From contig CAXXFF010000003.1 in NCBI GenBank assembly GCA_963676835.2, forward strand, positions 576,001 to 640,000: 64,000 nt of DNA, written 5' to 3'. The stretch is from Marispirochaeta sp. Lineage in GTDB: Bacteria > Spirochaetota > Spirochaetia > JC444 > Marispirochaetaceae. Below, one piece after another: positions 1-9,916 of the stretch (position 1 is the first letter of the stretch; every line of letters begins with the position of its first letter). The position numbers were made by a program, and so were the translations under genes. The notes below the pieces were generated by a model. The model worked only from the letters and a program-made list of their open reading frames with translations. It was not told where the DNA came from and searched no databases.

Positions 1-1
1 A

Positions 2-667
2 TTCTTCAGCCTGGACAGGACAAAGTCGTTAATTTCCGCCGACTGGATAAGTCAGGGTTACCGTACCATCTACCTGCTTGCTCTGGGGTATATGATTTAC
101 GCTGTCCCCAAAACAATGCGCCGGGTACTGATAAAACAGGCGGTTCTTATAAAAGAAAAAACTATCCATAAAAAGAAGGCCGAAAAGGATCCCCTTACTT
201 CACTCTACAACCGTTATTATCTCGAGGCCTATTTCGAACAATGCAAAGTTCTACAGAAAACAAAGGGAACCCGCTACGGCCTTCTGTATATAGATCTTAA
301 CGATTTCAAGCAGATCAACGATACCCATGGACATGATTTCGGAGACTTCATACTCATTTCTGTGGGCACATCACTTAAAAGCGTTGTCCGGGATGAAGAT
401 GTTGTGGCGCGTATTGGCGGAGATGAAATTATTGTACTTGTAAGTTTAAGTTCCGGCCAGTCAGGTGTAGAAGAACTGGCCGAACGGGTGTATGCAGCGA
501 TCAATCAGCCGCGTACCTTAAACGACAAAACCATAACAGTGAAAGCCAGCATTGGTGTATCAATTTTTCCCGACCAGGCAGACTCACTGGATACTCTGCT
601 TAAAAAGGCTGACCAGGCTATGTATTCAATAAAAAAACTGAAAAATCACGGTATTGCTTACGCATAG
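2..667 (+). CDS. GGDEF-domain diguanylate cyclase (5'-partial)
   Basis: Motifs DPLTSLYNR, YIDLNDFKQINDTHGHDFGD, RxxD I-site (RDED) and a GGDEI active-site variant. The frame is open from position 2, so the gene starts upstream of the window. Confidence 0.88.
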   Translation, partial: FFSLDRTKSLISADWISQGYRTIYLLALGYMIYAVPKTMRRVLIKQAVLIKEKTIHKKKAEKDPLTSLYNRYYLEAYFEQCKVLQKTKGTRYGLLYIDLNDFKQINDTHGHDFGDFILISVGTSLKSVVRDEDVVARIGGDEIIVLVSLSSGQSGVEELAERVYAAINQPRTLNDKTITVKASIGVSIFPDQADSLDTLLKKADQAMYSIKKLKNHGIAYA

Positions 668-1111
668 GACACGTAAACTCCACTTAGCAAATAACACACT
701 TCAGTTTTAGTAGCCTTCCAAGACCAGAATACCCATTTACAAACAATTAGAATCAAAATCACTGGCATAACACATTAAAAATATCCTTCATTTTTGTATT
801 TTCCACTGCACATTGAGATATTAGGTAAATTGTAAACCATTAGATCTGCCCATTTTTTAAAATAGTTCTTATGAAGAAATTGTAATGCTTAAAAAATACC
901 TGCTTTTTTGACTCTTGTGTTTTCGTTGCTGTTTAGCAGTTCAATCCTTATTCCTGTAGTAGGCTCGATGAAAACTGCAGCCGGCCCAGATACTCCAATA
1001 CTGAATGGTTTTTCCGAGGATTACCCTGCTTTAGACCGGACAACGGAAAAGGAATAATTAGAATCTTCAGGGAATATCGTTGCACTTACTTTTTAAATCT
1101 GCGATACGAAA

Positions 1112-1133
1112 GGCGGTCTGCAGGCAGACCGCC
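1112..1133 (-). terminator. Likely intrinsic terminator of the OmpA-domain gene
   Basis: Inverted repeat ggcggtctg/cagaccgcc just past the stop at 1152, followed by a short T-run on the minus strand. Confidence 0.55.
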
Positions 1134-1151
1134 CCGGTATTAATTTTCTGC

Positions 1152-3593
1152 TTATTTTACCAGAATAAATTCAACCCGTCTGTTTTTCCAGCGGTTGATT
1201 TCATCACTGTGCGGTACAACAGGCTGGTACCCGCCGTATCCCACTGCACTCATTCGCTCCTGTTTTATGCCCCTTCCAACCAGAGCATCAAGAATACGTT
1301 CCGCCCTCTCCTGGGACAGAGGCAGTAGTACTTCATCTTCTTCGGTCTTCCATTTTTTTGCATCATTCCAGTAAACTCGAACTGCATGGCCTTCAAGACG
1401 AATTTTGTACACCGAATATTTTTTCAATATTTCCGCCAACCGGTCCAGAGTTGCCAGATTCCGGTTTTTCAAGTCCTGGTCAATGTTAATATAATCTGCA
1501 GTAAAGGGTTTGAAATAAATGCTGGAAATACTTATTCTCAACCGCTCTCCGTCTTTGAATACAAGAATATCAACCGGAGCTGTTTTCGATACTACAGACT
1601 GGTTTCCAACTGAGTCGACAGCGCTGACTTCCACCAGATAATCTGAAGCCGACTGTACCAATTCACCTTTTTTATCCCTGCCATCCCATTCGAGAATACC
1701 ATTCTTCAGACTCTTACTGTCAAATGCAAGAAACAGATTTCCTGCAGGATCAAGTATTCTTCCGCTCCAGGACCGGATACCCGAAGGATCATTCAGTATA
1801 ATACCGATATTAAGCCGGTCATTCACCCCGTCCCCATCCGGCGAAAAGGGCAACGGTGATACTGATATTTTGACTTCCGGAGGAGAATTATCAATCTTGA
1901 AATATGTTTCTGTTTCAGAAAAACCAAGGTTGCCTTTCTCGTATTCCGTTTGGAGGACAGCTGAATACTCCCCTTCCTTTACGACACCATCAAAATTACG
2001 TCCATTCCAATATAGAGTCCCAGGCACCTCTGCGGTATTAGGATTGCTGAACATATAGACATCCTGCCCAATGTTATCACGGATATAAACTTCCCAGCCA
2101 ACAATCCCTTCGGTTACTTCCGGCTTCAGATTAAAGGCTATAAAATCATTATCACCATCCATATTCGGACTGAACACAGACTGTATAGGGCTAATATGTA
2201 CCGGTGTTTGAGATGTATCTACCCGTACTCCAGCAGACTGAAATGATGCAGAATTACCTGCTATATCCGTCGACTCTACTCTGTATACATATATTCCATC
2301 AGCAACAGTATTGCCAAGTTGATCTCTTCCATCCCAGACAACCGGAAGCACCCGCTCCTGCCATTGCCATGTTCTTAATACTCCTGAACCAGAAAGAATA
2401 GATCCAGTCCAAGATAATTCGGAGCTGCTTGACTGATAAATAGTAGTTTCATCTTTTCGACCATCTCCATCGGGAGAAAACAGATTATAGCCTGCTTTTA
2501 TCACCGCAAAGGGGGGTGTAACATCCAGAGTGATTCTTCCGGAAACAGCTTTCTGTCTGTCCCCATTTTTATACAGTACGTCCAGTATAGCGAAATAGAA
2601 ACCTTCCGGAAAAACTTCATCATTTTGTCTACCGGTAAAAACATAGGTATCAGTACCAACAGAAGAAGTATTCGCAACGATCCTGCCATTAGAATTAATT
2701 ACAGTAAAATCCAAAGACTCAATTTGGTCTTTCTCTGTTGTTTCAATTCCAATACGAACAAAATCCTTTATTCCGTCACCGTTTGGACTGAACTCAGGGG
2801 TATCCAGAAATGTAATACGAACAGGGAATGTCCGGTTGTCAATCTGAATACCTTCCACTTTGCTACGGAACGAATTGCCGGCTTCGTCTGTAGATTCCAG
2901 AATGTAAGAGTAGGTTCCATTTTGTAATAACGCACCTTCATTATCGCGTCCATCCCAGGTAAAAGAACCTGCTGCCAACCCATTCCATGAATACGATCGT
3001 ATAATTTCATCTTCTTTCTTAATAATACCGGTCCACAATGACTCAGAAGAAGTTTTTCGCTGGAATACTTCAAGAACATCCTGACTGTCATCCATATTTG
3101 GGGAAAAGGTGGAATATGGAATTGAGATTTCTGCAGATGGCGCGGTGTTATCTACAATTATCGACAGCGGACCATATTCCCCCATGTTGCCCCTATAGTC
3201 CCTAACATCTGCATAGAGCTGATAAGAGCCGTCCGGAGCCCATGAGCCATCCGCCATACGTCCATCCCATGTAAGATCATCAGGAATAATTACAGCTTTC
3301 TTCCGGGAGAACAATCCTTTCTTTTCTTCTTTTCCCTCTGCCAGAAAAACTGTTTCCTTATTCTCTGATACAATCCGGACCATATATTCCTGCAGTTTTA
3401 ATCCCTTTATCTGGGGAACATACAAGGTCAGCGACAAAGCATCCTTAATCCCATCTTGATTTTCAGGAGAGATATAGATTGTATCGATCTTCAGTTCAGC
3501 AGGAATTTCACCTTTGAATGAAACACAACCGGGTATAAGCGACAATACTGCTATCAAAAGGATCAAGAAAGCCAGAATCTTGATTTTTTTCAT
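1152..3593 (-). CDS. Lipoprotein with repeated FlgD-Ig/CHU-like modules and a C-terminal OmpA-like peptidoglycan-binding domain
   Basis: Signal MKKIKILAFL...LIPGC (lipobox-like). Repeated FSP(N/D)xDG..D and WDGR motifs. C-terminal LSQERAE...GYG...P...N...NRRVEF. ATG 3593 chosen for its GGAGG RBS. Confidence 0.85.
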   Translation of the reverse strand: MKKIKILAFLILLIAVLSLIPGCVSFKGEIPAELKIDTIYISPENQDGIKDALSLTLYVPQIKGLKLQEYMVRIVSENKETVFLAEGKEEKKGLFSRKKAVIIPDDLTWDGRMADGSWAPDGSYQLYADVRDYRGNMGEYGPLSIIVDNTAPSAEISIPYSTFSPNMDDSQDVLEVFQRKTSSESLWTGIIKKEDEIIRSYSWNGLAAGSFTWDGRDNEGALLQNGTYSYILESTDEAGNSFRSKVEGIQIDNRTFPVRITFLDTPEFSPNGDGIKDFVRIGIETTEKDQIESLDFTVINSNGRIVANTSSVGTDTYVFTGRQNDEVFPEGFYFAILDVLYKNGDRQKAVSGRITLDVTPPFAVIKAGYNLFSPDGDGRKDETTIYQSSSSELSWTGSILSGSGVLRTWQWQERVLPVVWDGRDQLGNTVADGIYVYRVESTDIAGNSASFQSAGVRVDTSQTPVHISPIQSVFSPNMDGDNDFIAFNLKPEVTEGIVGWEVYIRDNIGQDVYMFSNPNTAEVPGTLYWNGRNFDGVVKEGEYSAVLQTEYEKGNLGFSETETYFKIDNSPPEVKISVSPLPFSPDGDGVNDRLNIGIILNDPSGIRSWSGRILDPAGNLFLAFDSKSLKNGILEWDGRDKKGELVQSASDYLVEVSAVDSVGNQSVVSKTAPVDILVFKDGERLRISISSIYFKPFTADYINIDQDLKNRNLATLDRLAEILKKYSVYKIRLEGHAVRVYWNDAKKWKTEEDEVLLPLSQERAERILDALVGRGIKQERMSAVGYGGYQPVVPHSDEINRWKNRRVEFILVK

Positions 3594-3743
3594 TATTTGT
3601 ATTCCCTCCAACACAAAGAACAAGACAATACGTGATAAGACAAATATGCAGTGCCTCTGATTGAATGTAAAGAATATTTTACAATTGATAGAGGAAATTA
3701 TAAATTATAGTGAAAAATTTTTTGGATCAATTTTAACAGGTTG

Positions 3744-4004
3744 TCAGCTGTTCTGAAGTATCTCCATCTTTTCGACATATTCATCACGATCAATCTCTCC
3801 GTTCACAAAACGGCGCTTTAGAACAGATTCTGCAGATTCATAAGACGATGAACCTGTCTCCTGATGATGGTGATTTTTCCTAAACAGCAGATAAATAACC
3901 GCAGCAATAAGTAATAATCCGATAAACATGCCTGTATATCCTCCTAACCAGAAATGATCCCAACCAGTCAGCTGAGTGCCGAAATGACTGAAACTTGTGT
4001 GCAT
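3744..4004 (-). CDS. Small membrane protein with SHOCT domain
   Basis: One TM helix, then LKRRFVNGEIDRDEY (SHOCT motif). AGGAG RBS. Confidence 0.85.
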   Translation of the reverse strand: MHTSFSHFGTQLTGWDHFWLGGYTGMFIGLLLIAAVIYLLFRKNHHHQETGSSSYESAESVLKRRFVNGEIDRDEYVEKMEILQNS

Positions 4005-4068
4005 TTTTCTTCTCCTGAAAAATAATATGAGGTTATATTACTTAAATAGTATGAATAAAATGTGAAGA

Positions 4069-5028
4069 TCAGCTGTTTTTTAAATGTTTATCCTGCCGTC
4101 TATCCAGCGACATGCTGTACAATCCGCAGGCAAGAATAATTCCGGAGCCGGCAACAGTACCAAAAGAAGGGATCTCACTCCACAAAAGAAAACCCCATAA
4201 GGCACTCACGGGAAGGGAAAAATACTCCAGACCAGCCAGCTTTGACGCTTCGGCCAGACTGTAGGCCCTGGCCATGGAATAGGACCAGGCAGCCCAGATT
4301 ACTCCCAATCCGCACATAATCGCCCCATCCTGAAAATCGGGAAACGCCCAGGGTCGAAACAGAAAGGCAATGCTAATATTTGCCTCGGGCATACTCCCGG
4401 CAATAAGCGTAATGGGCACCACAATCAGTGATCCTAACAGGTAAACCAGAGAACTGAAGAATGCCGTGGACGCGCTGCTCTCTGTTCCCCGCATTTTTCT
4501 TGTAGTAATAATGGTAAGAGCATAAAAAAGAATATGCAGCAGGATAAAAACAGACCCTGAATTATAGTTCCCCGATCCCGGCTGAATAACAATAAGGACA
4601 CCTATAAGCCCTACAAGCAGGGCTATCCAGCGGCGGAAAGAGACCTTTTCTTTCAGAAGCAGAACAGACAAGGCGGTAATAACCAGAGGTCCCAGAAATC
4701 TGATTGATTCTGTCTGGGCAAGAGGCAGGGCCACCAGGCCCATCATAAAGGTGGTATAGGAAAAAAAGAGGAAAACACCCCGCAGCAGCTGCATCCCGGG
4801 AACTTGCGTTTTCGGCAATCCCCGCTTGCCTTCGGCACGGTATAAAAGCAGGGCCAGCGGGACAGTTGTAATGCTGCGGAGCACCACTACTTCCAGCACA
4901 GGATAGTCTCCCCCGAGCCATTTTATGCCCACATTCTGGGCGGACACAATAAGGATGGAGAAAAACAGAAAACCAACCCCTTTTGCAGTCGAATCTCCCC
5001 TGTTTTCTGTCTGTGCTGTACTCTTCAT
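4069..5028 (-). CDS. DMT/EamA family transporter
   Basis: About 10 hydrophobic helices with EamA-like signatures LLLKEKVS..RW and FLLWSEIP. Confidence 0.88.
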   Translation of the reverse strand: MKSTAQTENRGDSTAKGVGFLFFSILIVSAQNVGIKWLGGDYPVLEVVVLRSITTVPLALLLYRAEGKRGLPKTQVPGMQLLRGVFLFFSYTTFMMGLVALPLAQTESIRFLGPLVITALSVLLLKEKVSFRRWIALLVGLIGVLIVIQPGSGNYNSGSVFILLHILFYALTIITTRKMRGTESSASTAFFSSLVYLLGSLIVVPITLIAGSMPEANISIAFLFRPWAFPDFQDGAIMCGLGVIWAAWSYSMARAYSLAEASKLAGLEYFSLPVSALWGFLLWSEIPSFGTVAGSGIILACGLYSMSLDRRQDKHLKNS

Positions 5029-5152
5029 TTCTCTTTACTAATCACCTTTCTTAATTTTCTTCCCTGTTTTTCACAATATACCAAACGGCATATTCCCTTT
5101 TTAAGAATTATTATTATATTAAGGGTAAATCATTTCATTACGGGAATACACA

Positions 5153-5815
5153 ATGAAAAAAACCTTATTGTTTATTTTACTGATTTCCAGCGTATCACTC
5201 TACTCCCTGGATACCTATCATGAAATTACCGCCGGCTATTATGGTGACCTTGGCGCAACCATGGCTCTGCGTTTCGAGAATCCCGTGGCAGATTTTCCAT
5301 TTTTTCTCCAGGCCCGGGGAGGCTATATCTATCAGTTTGATTCCGGGAATGCCACTGAAGCGCGGCATATTTTTATTAATGACAACACCGGGGGCAATAT
5401 TGAAAAATACGGCGAATCCTATCTGGTGGCAGTAGACCTCGGATGGAAATGGAAGGATATGGACAGCTTTACGATAGAGTTTATCCTTTCAGGCCTCTGG
5501 AATCACTATATGGCCCATTATGCATTCATAGGAAACAATGAAGCGTTTACTGTAACATCTTCGCCTTTCGGAATCGGCACCGGCGCCAATATCCGTGTGC
5601 CCATGGGGAACACCGGCAGTTTCTTTCTGCTTAAAGGAGGCGTGGAATACTTTTTCAAGGCCCGGCTTGATGCTCACGGCACCTATTTCTACACCCCCGA
5701 CGGGGAGGATGACCGGCCCCGCAACAGCTACACCTATGAAGACGCAGATGCTGCGGTAAATCAGCCGGAGTTTAGAGGATCCTTACAAATTGGTTTTTTA
5801 TACCCCATCGGGTAA
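5153..5815 (+). CDS. Hypothetical exported protein, possible outer-membrane beta-barrel
   Basis: N-terminal signal peptide, alternating aromatic/Gly strands and a C-terminal GSLQIGFLY strand. Confidence 0.65.
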   Translation: MKKTLLFILLISSVSLYSLDTYHEITAGYYGDLGATMALRFENPVADFPFFLQARGGYIYQFDSGNATEARHIFINDNTGGNIEKYGESYLVAVDLGWKWKDMDSFTIEFILSGLWNHYMAHYAFIGNNEAFTVTSSPFGIGTGANIRVPMGNTGSFFLLKGGVEYFFKARLDAHGTYFYTPDGEDDRPRNSYTYEDADAAVNQPEFRGSLQIGFLYPIG

Positions 5816-5876
5816 CAACCAAAAACAGACGATTATTCTTGTGTTCGGACTACCCCTTGGCTTATGCTATTAGTAA

Positions 5877-8006
5877 ATGGCAGAAAAAAGCGGGCAGAAA
5901 ACAAAAGCCAGAATGGCATTCTCCACGAGGATCATTCTCTTTGTAATACTACTCCTTACACTTTCAACTTCAATCACCGGGTTGACCGGTTACTTTATCG
6001 CCAAAAATGCCCTTAACCGGAAAGGAGAACAGATACTAAGAAACTCTGTACGCCAGGCAATCGATCTTATTGAATCTTCCTTCCAATTATCCCAGGCGAA
6101 AATCATCACTGAAGCAGATGCGCAGGAGATGGTCAAAGTTGCTCTCATGGGTCCTCGCAATCCCGAGACCGGGGAACGGACACTGCTGCACAGCATTGAT
6201 CTGGGGGAAAATGGTTATTTTATCATCTACGACTCCAGAGGCACTGAAATTCTGCATCCAACCCTGGAAGGAGAGAATGTCTGGGATGTAACCAGCCTTG
6301 ATGATGAGAAGCACTACATTGTCAGGGAACAAATCAGCAGAGGCATATACGGCGGCGGGTTCATGTCATATTCCTGGTGGCTGCCGAAAACCGATACCCA
6401 GGCAGAAAAAATATCCTACAGCGAATACTTTTCCGAATGGGACTGGATAGTGGTTGCCACTGCATACGCGATCGACTTTAACAAACCTGCTCAAACGATC
6501 CTGCTTGCCGTAGGATCATCATTCATGGCTCTTGTGGTTCTTTTTTCGATTCTGATTATTCAATATGTTGAACGGGCATCTATTCCCATCCGACGGGTAG
6601 CCGTAGGTATGGAAGAGGTAATAAATAACCAGTTTAGCCTCATAGAGAATCCACATACCGGAGATGATGTTGACAAACTCATTGACGGTTACAATCACAT
6701 GATAAAATCCCTTAGACAGGCGGGTGATGACCTTGATGAGAAAAACCGCTATATAACCTACCTTGCCTACCATGATGATCTTACAGGATTGCATAACCGC
6801 TATGGCATGGAAAGCTTTGTGAGCGGCAGAATCAAGTCCGGCTGTAGTGAAGCATACCTGATACAGGCGGATATAATCGGACTGAAGGTTATTAACTCTA
6901 CCCTTGGCTTTGAACAGGGCGACCGGCTTATCAAAACTGTTGCATCCTTCCTGAAGCAGACAGAAACAGCCAGTAAACATTTTGCCAGAACCAGTAGTAA
7001 TGAATTCACCTTCTGGTATGAACCGGAACGGGGAGAAGACGTAACCTCTTTTATCAATGACCTCAGATTATCAATGAAGGAATACATTGTCCGCTACGGC
7101 TTTGGTCAGCTTATAGACATGCATGTATCCATGGTCCAGTTTCCAAGACACGGAAGCAGCTTCAATGAGCTGTACGAAAAAACCATTATGGCAATGAAGC
7201 ACGCCAAGGACAATAAAAGCCTGACGGTAAGCATTTATCACGAAGATTTACGTGCAAGTCTTGAAAATGAAGTATTTATGCGCACCCATCTTCAGTCGGC
7301 TCTGCAAAACGGCGAGATCACCGCCTGGTACCAGAAACAGGTGGATTATACCAGCGGAGAGGTCGTTGGAATTGAAGCGCTGGCCCGGTGGCGCTCAAAA
7401 GAGCTGGGAAATGTTCCCCCCTCGGTTTTTATACCTGCCATTAATCAGCTGAACCTTGTAAACGAGTTTACTGAGTATATGATCAATCATATTCTCGAAA
7501 ACTACCCCAGACTTATCGAAAAGTATAATAAAGATATTACCGTTTCCATAAATATTTCCCCGGCCTATTTTATGGATCAGAACTTCCTTGCCAATCTGCA
7601 GAGCACCTTTACCAAAAACCCGATACCACCGGAAAAACTGACCCTCGAAATTACGGAAGATATTTTTATTACCAATTTTGAAAGTATCAGCGAAACAATA
7701 GAGCAGCTGCATAAAATCGGGGCACGCATTTCTATCGATGATTTCGGCACCGGTTATTCGTCATTGAATTACCTGACAAGGATGAACTTTGACGAAATGA
7801 AGATAGACAAGAGCTTTATTTCGAGAATTCTTGATGATGAAAAATCATTTCAGCTGTTTGAAATCCTCTGCAATATTGCGGAAATATACGGCTACGATAT
7901 GGTGGCGGAAGGGGTAGAAACAGAGGAACAGCTGGAAAAAATAAAGGAAACCCCGCTGAAAATTATCCAGGGATACCTCTTTTCAAAGCCGGAACCCCTG
8001 GAATAA
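5877..8006 (+). CDS. Cache-HAMP-degenerate GGDEF-EAL c-di-GMP phosphodiesterase
   Basis: Two TM helices flank a Cache-like domain (GYFIIYD...HP, WDWIV). HAMP follows, then a GGDEF degenerated to SSNEF, then EAL with EALARW, LEITE, DDFGTGYSS and AEGVET. Confidence 0.9.
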   Translation: MAEKSGQKTKARMAFSTRIILFVILLLTLSTSITGLTGYFIAKNALNRKGEQILRNSVRQAIDLIESSFQLSQAKIITEADAQEMVKVALMGPRNPETGERTLLHSIDLGENGYFIIYDSRGTEILHPTLEGENVWDVTSLDDEKHYIVREQISRGIYGGGFMSYSWWLPKTDTQAEKISYSEYFSEWDWIVVATAYAIDFNKPAQTILLAVGSSFMALVVLFSILIIQYVERASIPIRRVAVGMEEVINNQFSLIENPHTGDDVDKLIDGYNHMIKSLRQAGDDLDEKNRYITYLAYHDDLTGLHNRYGMESFVSGRIKSGCSEAYLIQADIIGLKVINSTLGFEQGDRLIKTVASFLKQTETASKHFARTSSNEFTFWYEPERGEDVTSFINDLRLSMKEYIVRYGFGQLIDMHVSMVQFPRHGSSFNELYEKTIMAMKHAKDNKSLTVSIYHEDLRASLENEVFMRTHLQSALQNGEITAWYQKQVDYTSGEVVGIEALARWRSKELGNVPPSVFIPAINQLNLVNEFTEYMINHILENYPRLIEKYNKDITVSINISPAYFMDQNFLANLQSTFTKNPIPPEKLTLEITEDIFITNFESISETIEQLHKIGARISIDDFGTGYSSLNYLTRMNFDEMKIDKSFISRILDDEKSFQLFEILCNIAEIYGYDMVAEGVETEEQLEKIKETPLKIIQGYLFSKPEPLE

Positions 8007-8051
8007 TCATCGTATACCTGAAATACCTGCCTGCTTACAACGGATAGTATC

Positions 8052-8618
8052 TCAAGCCTTAACAGTCTCACCAGTCAGGGCAAGAAGGGGCGCATGGTTA
8101 TGCACCCGGTCTTTAACAACCAGGGTGGTAACATCGCTCTCTATCTGCCGGTTAAAGAGAATATCGTGACCCAGACACAAACCCATGGTTACAGTGAGCT
8201 CAACACCGGCAGCATTGAGCTGGGCCGCCTGCCCAAGGGGATTGCAGGAAACCCCGGGGAGATCACTCTTGGCGTTTACTGCATTCTGCGCAAGGGCTCC
8301 CACGGTACAGGAAACAGCTTCAATTTTAGCCCCGGACTCTTTCAGTCTCGCAACAGCAAGGGCAGCCTCTTTTTCCATACCATAGCAGTAGGCAAGGCCT
8401 ACCTTTTTAAGTTTCTGGTCATGAATGTATTCAACCAGTTCCTGAACCCGGTCAAGGGTACCCGCGCGGCCGCCGTCAACAAGACGGGCGGCGCTTTCCA
8501 CCAGGGGAGCAGTGCTCTCATGCCGGTAGTCCGTTACCAGCCCTTCTCTGTCGAATTTTTCGGCGCCGCAGCTTTCTGTGCTGCGGCACGATTTGGCGCC
8601 GCAAAGGGTACAGTTCAT
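8052..8618 (-). CDS. DUF1847-like Cys-rich putative metal-binding protein
   Basis: N-terminal CxxC..C..C, plus GLAYCYG, CNPLGQA, GLCLGHD and LVVKDRVxxHxP motifs. Confidence 0.82.
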   Translation of the reverse strand: MNCTLCGAKSCRSTESCGAEKFDREGLVTDYRHESTAPLVESAARLVDGGRAGTLDRVQELVEYIHDQKLKKVGLAYCYGMEKEAALAVARLKESGAKIEAVSCTVGALAQNAVNAKSDLPGVSCNPLGQAAQLNAAGVELTVTMGLCLGHDILFNRQIESDVTTLVVKDRVHNHAPLLALTGETVKA

Positions 8619-8630
8619 CCGTCTTCCCGC

Positions 8631-9914
8631 CTATTCCATCTCTTTGGTTACGGCGATTGCAGCAATAGTTCCGTCTGCAACGGCCGTTGTAATCTGGCGG
8701 TAGCGTTTTGACTTGACATCTCCGGCGGCAAATACACCGGGAATGTTGGTCCGCATCTCTTCGTCGGTTTCCAGATATCCCCACTGATCCAGGGTGAGTT
8801 TGTCGTTGAACATCTCGATGTTGGGAATAAATCCTACGAAAACAAAGATACCGTTGGACCGCACCTCTTTGGTTTCTTTTGTTTTCAGGTCTTCAACTAC
8901 AACGCCCATATCCATGGTTCCGTATTTCTTGAACTCCCGGGGCTCATGCTCAAAGAGAATCTCGATTTTAGGGTCGGCAAAGGCCTTATCCTGAGCCTCT
9001 TTGTTTGCCTGAAGATGGTCGAACTGATGCACGATGGTGATCTTTTTGGCAAACTTGCTGATAAAAAGACTCTCTTCAATGGCACTGTTTCCGCCGCCGA
9101 TAACAACAACTTCCTTATCTTCGAAGTATTTTGCGTCACAGGTTGCACAGTAGGAGATACCGTTTCCGGCATACTCTTTTTCTCCGGAGACTCCAAGAGG
9201 ACGGGGCCGGCTGCCGGTGGCAATAACAATTTTATGGGCCTTGATGGTCTCATAGCCGTCTATCTTTACACACTTGCAGTCAAGGTCAACATAATCGATC
9301 TCTACAGCAGAGCGGAAGTCAACGCCGTTCTCCTTGGCCTGCTCGCTCATGTAGTGAGAAAGCATAAATCCCTGCTGTGGCTGAATGAAACCGGGATAGT
9401 TGGAGACCTGATGGGTGGTGGATACGTATCCTCCGGGCAGAGCAACGTCGACCAGGATGGTCTTCAGATGCGCCTGAGCCAGATAGACTCCTGCAGTTAA
9501 TCCTGCAGGACCGCCGCCGAGAACAAGAACGTCCGCTTCTGTTGTCTTCTCTTCAATTTTACCGTGAATCTCTGCAACCTTTGCTTCGGGAAGCATGGCA
9601 TCCAGATTCTTTACAATCTCCGAGCGTTTAATGCCTCCGGAGAGCTTATCGCCAACCATCTCACCGTCTTTATAAAAAAGCACTGTGGGAGACCCGGTTA
9701 CATCAAGCTCCTGAGCGAGCTCACGGTTTTCCTGTCTGAATATTTTGAAGAAGGCGATATCGTCACCATACAATTCACTTAATGGCTCGTATTTTGCAGC
9801 CAGGGCCTCACAGGGAGGACACTCTGTAGAATAGAAATCCAGAACTGCCAGCGGTTTGCTGAGCACTTCGCTTTTAAACTGATCCTGATTAATTTCCTTG
9901 ATTTTTCCTGCCAT
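8631..9914 (-). CDS. trxB: Thioredoxin (N-terminal) - thioredoxin-disulfide reductase fusion
   Basis: N-terminal Trx fold (DFYSTECPPC). Then GGGPAGL FAD motif, CATCD redox centre, GGGNSA NAD(P)H motif and TNIPGVFAAGD. Confidence 0.88.
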   Translation of the reverse strand: MAGKIKEINQDQFKSEVLSKPLAVLDFYSTECPPCEALAAKYEPLSELYGDDIAFFKIFRQENRELAQELDVTGSPTVLFYKDGEMVGDKLSGGIKRSEIVKNLDAMLPEAKVAEIHGKIEEKTTEADVLVLGGGPAGLTAGVYLAQAHLKTILVDVALPGGYVSTTHQVSNYPGFIQPQQGFMLSHYMSEQAKENGVDFRSAVEIDYVDLDCKCVKIDGYETIKAHKIVIATGSRPRPLGVSGEKEYAGNGISYCATCDAKYFEDKEVVVIGGGNSAIEESLFISKFAKKITIVHQFDHLQANKEAQDKAFADPKIEILFEHEPREFKKYGTMDMGVVVEDLKTKETKEVRSNGIFVFVGFIPNIEMFNDKLTLDQWGYLETDEEMRTNIPGVFAAGDVKSKRYRQITTAVADGTIAAIAVTKEME

Positions 9915-9916
9915 CT

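Noticed and set aside
762..780. Possible sigma54 promoter CTGGCATAACAC
   Set aside because: Lacks the -12 GC dinucleotide at the required spacing.
885..1057. Signal-peptide-like reading MLKKYLLF / LTLVFSLLFSS... broken at a T-run
   Set aside because: Needs a 1-nt frameshift, has no clear RBS and no recognisable homology. Cannot be supported as a gene or phase-variable locus.
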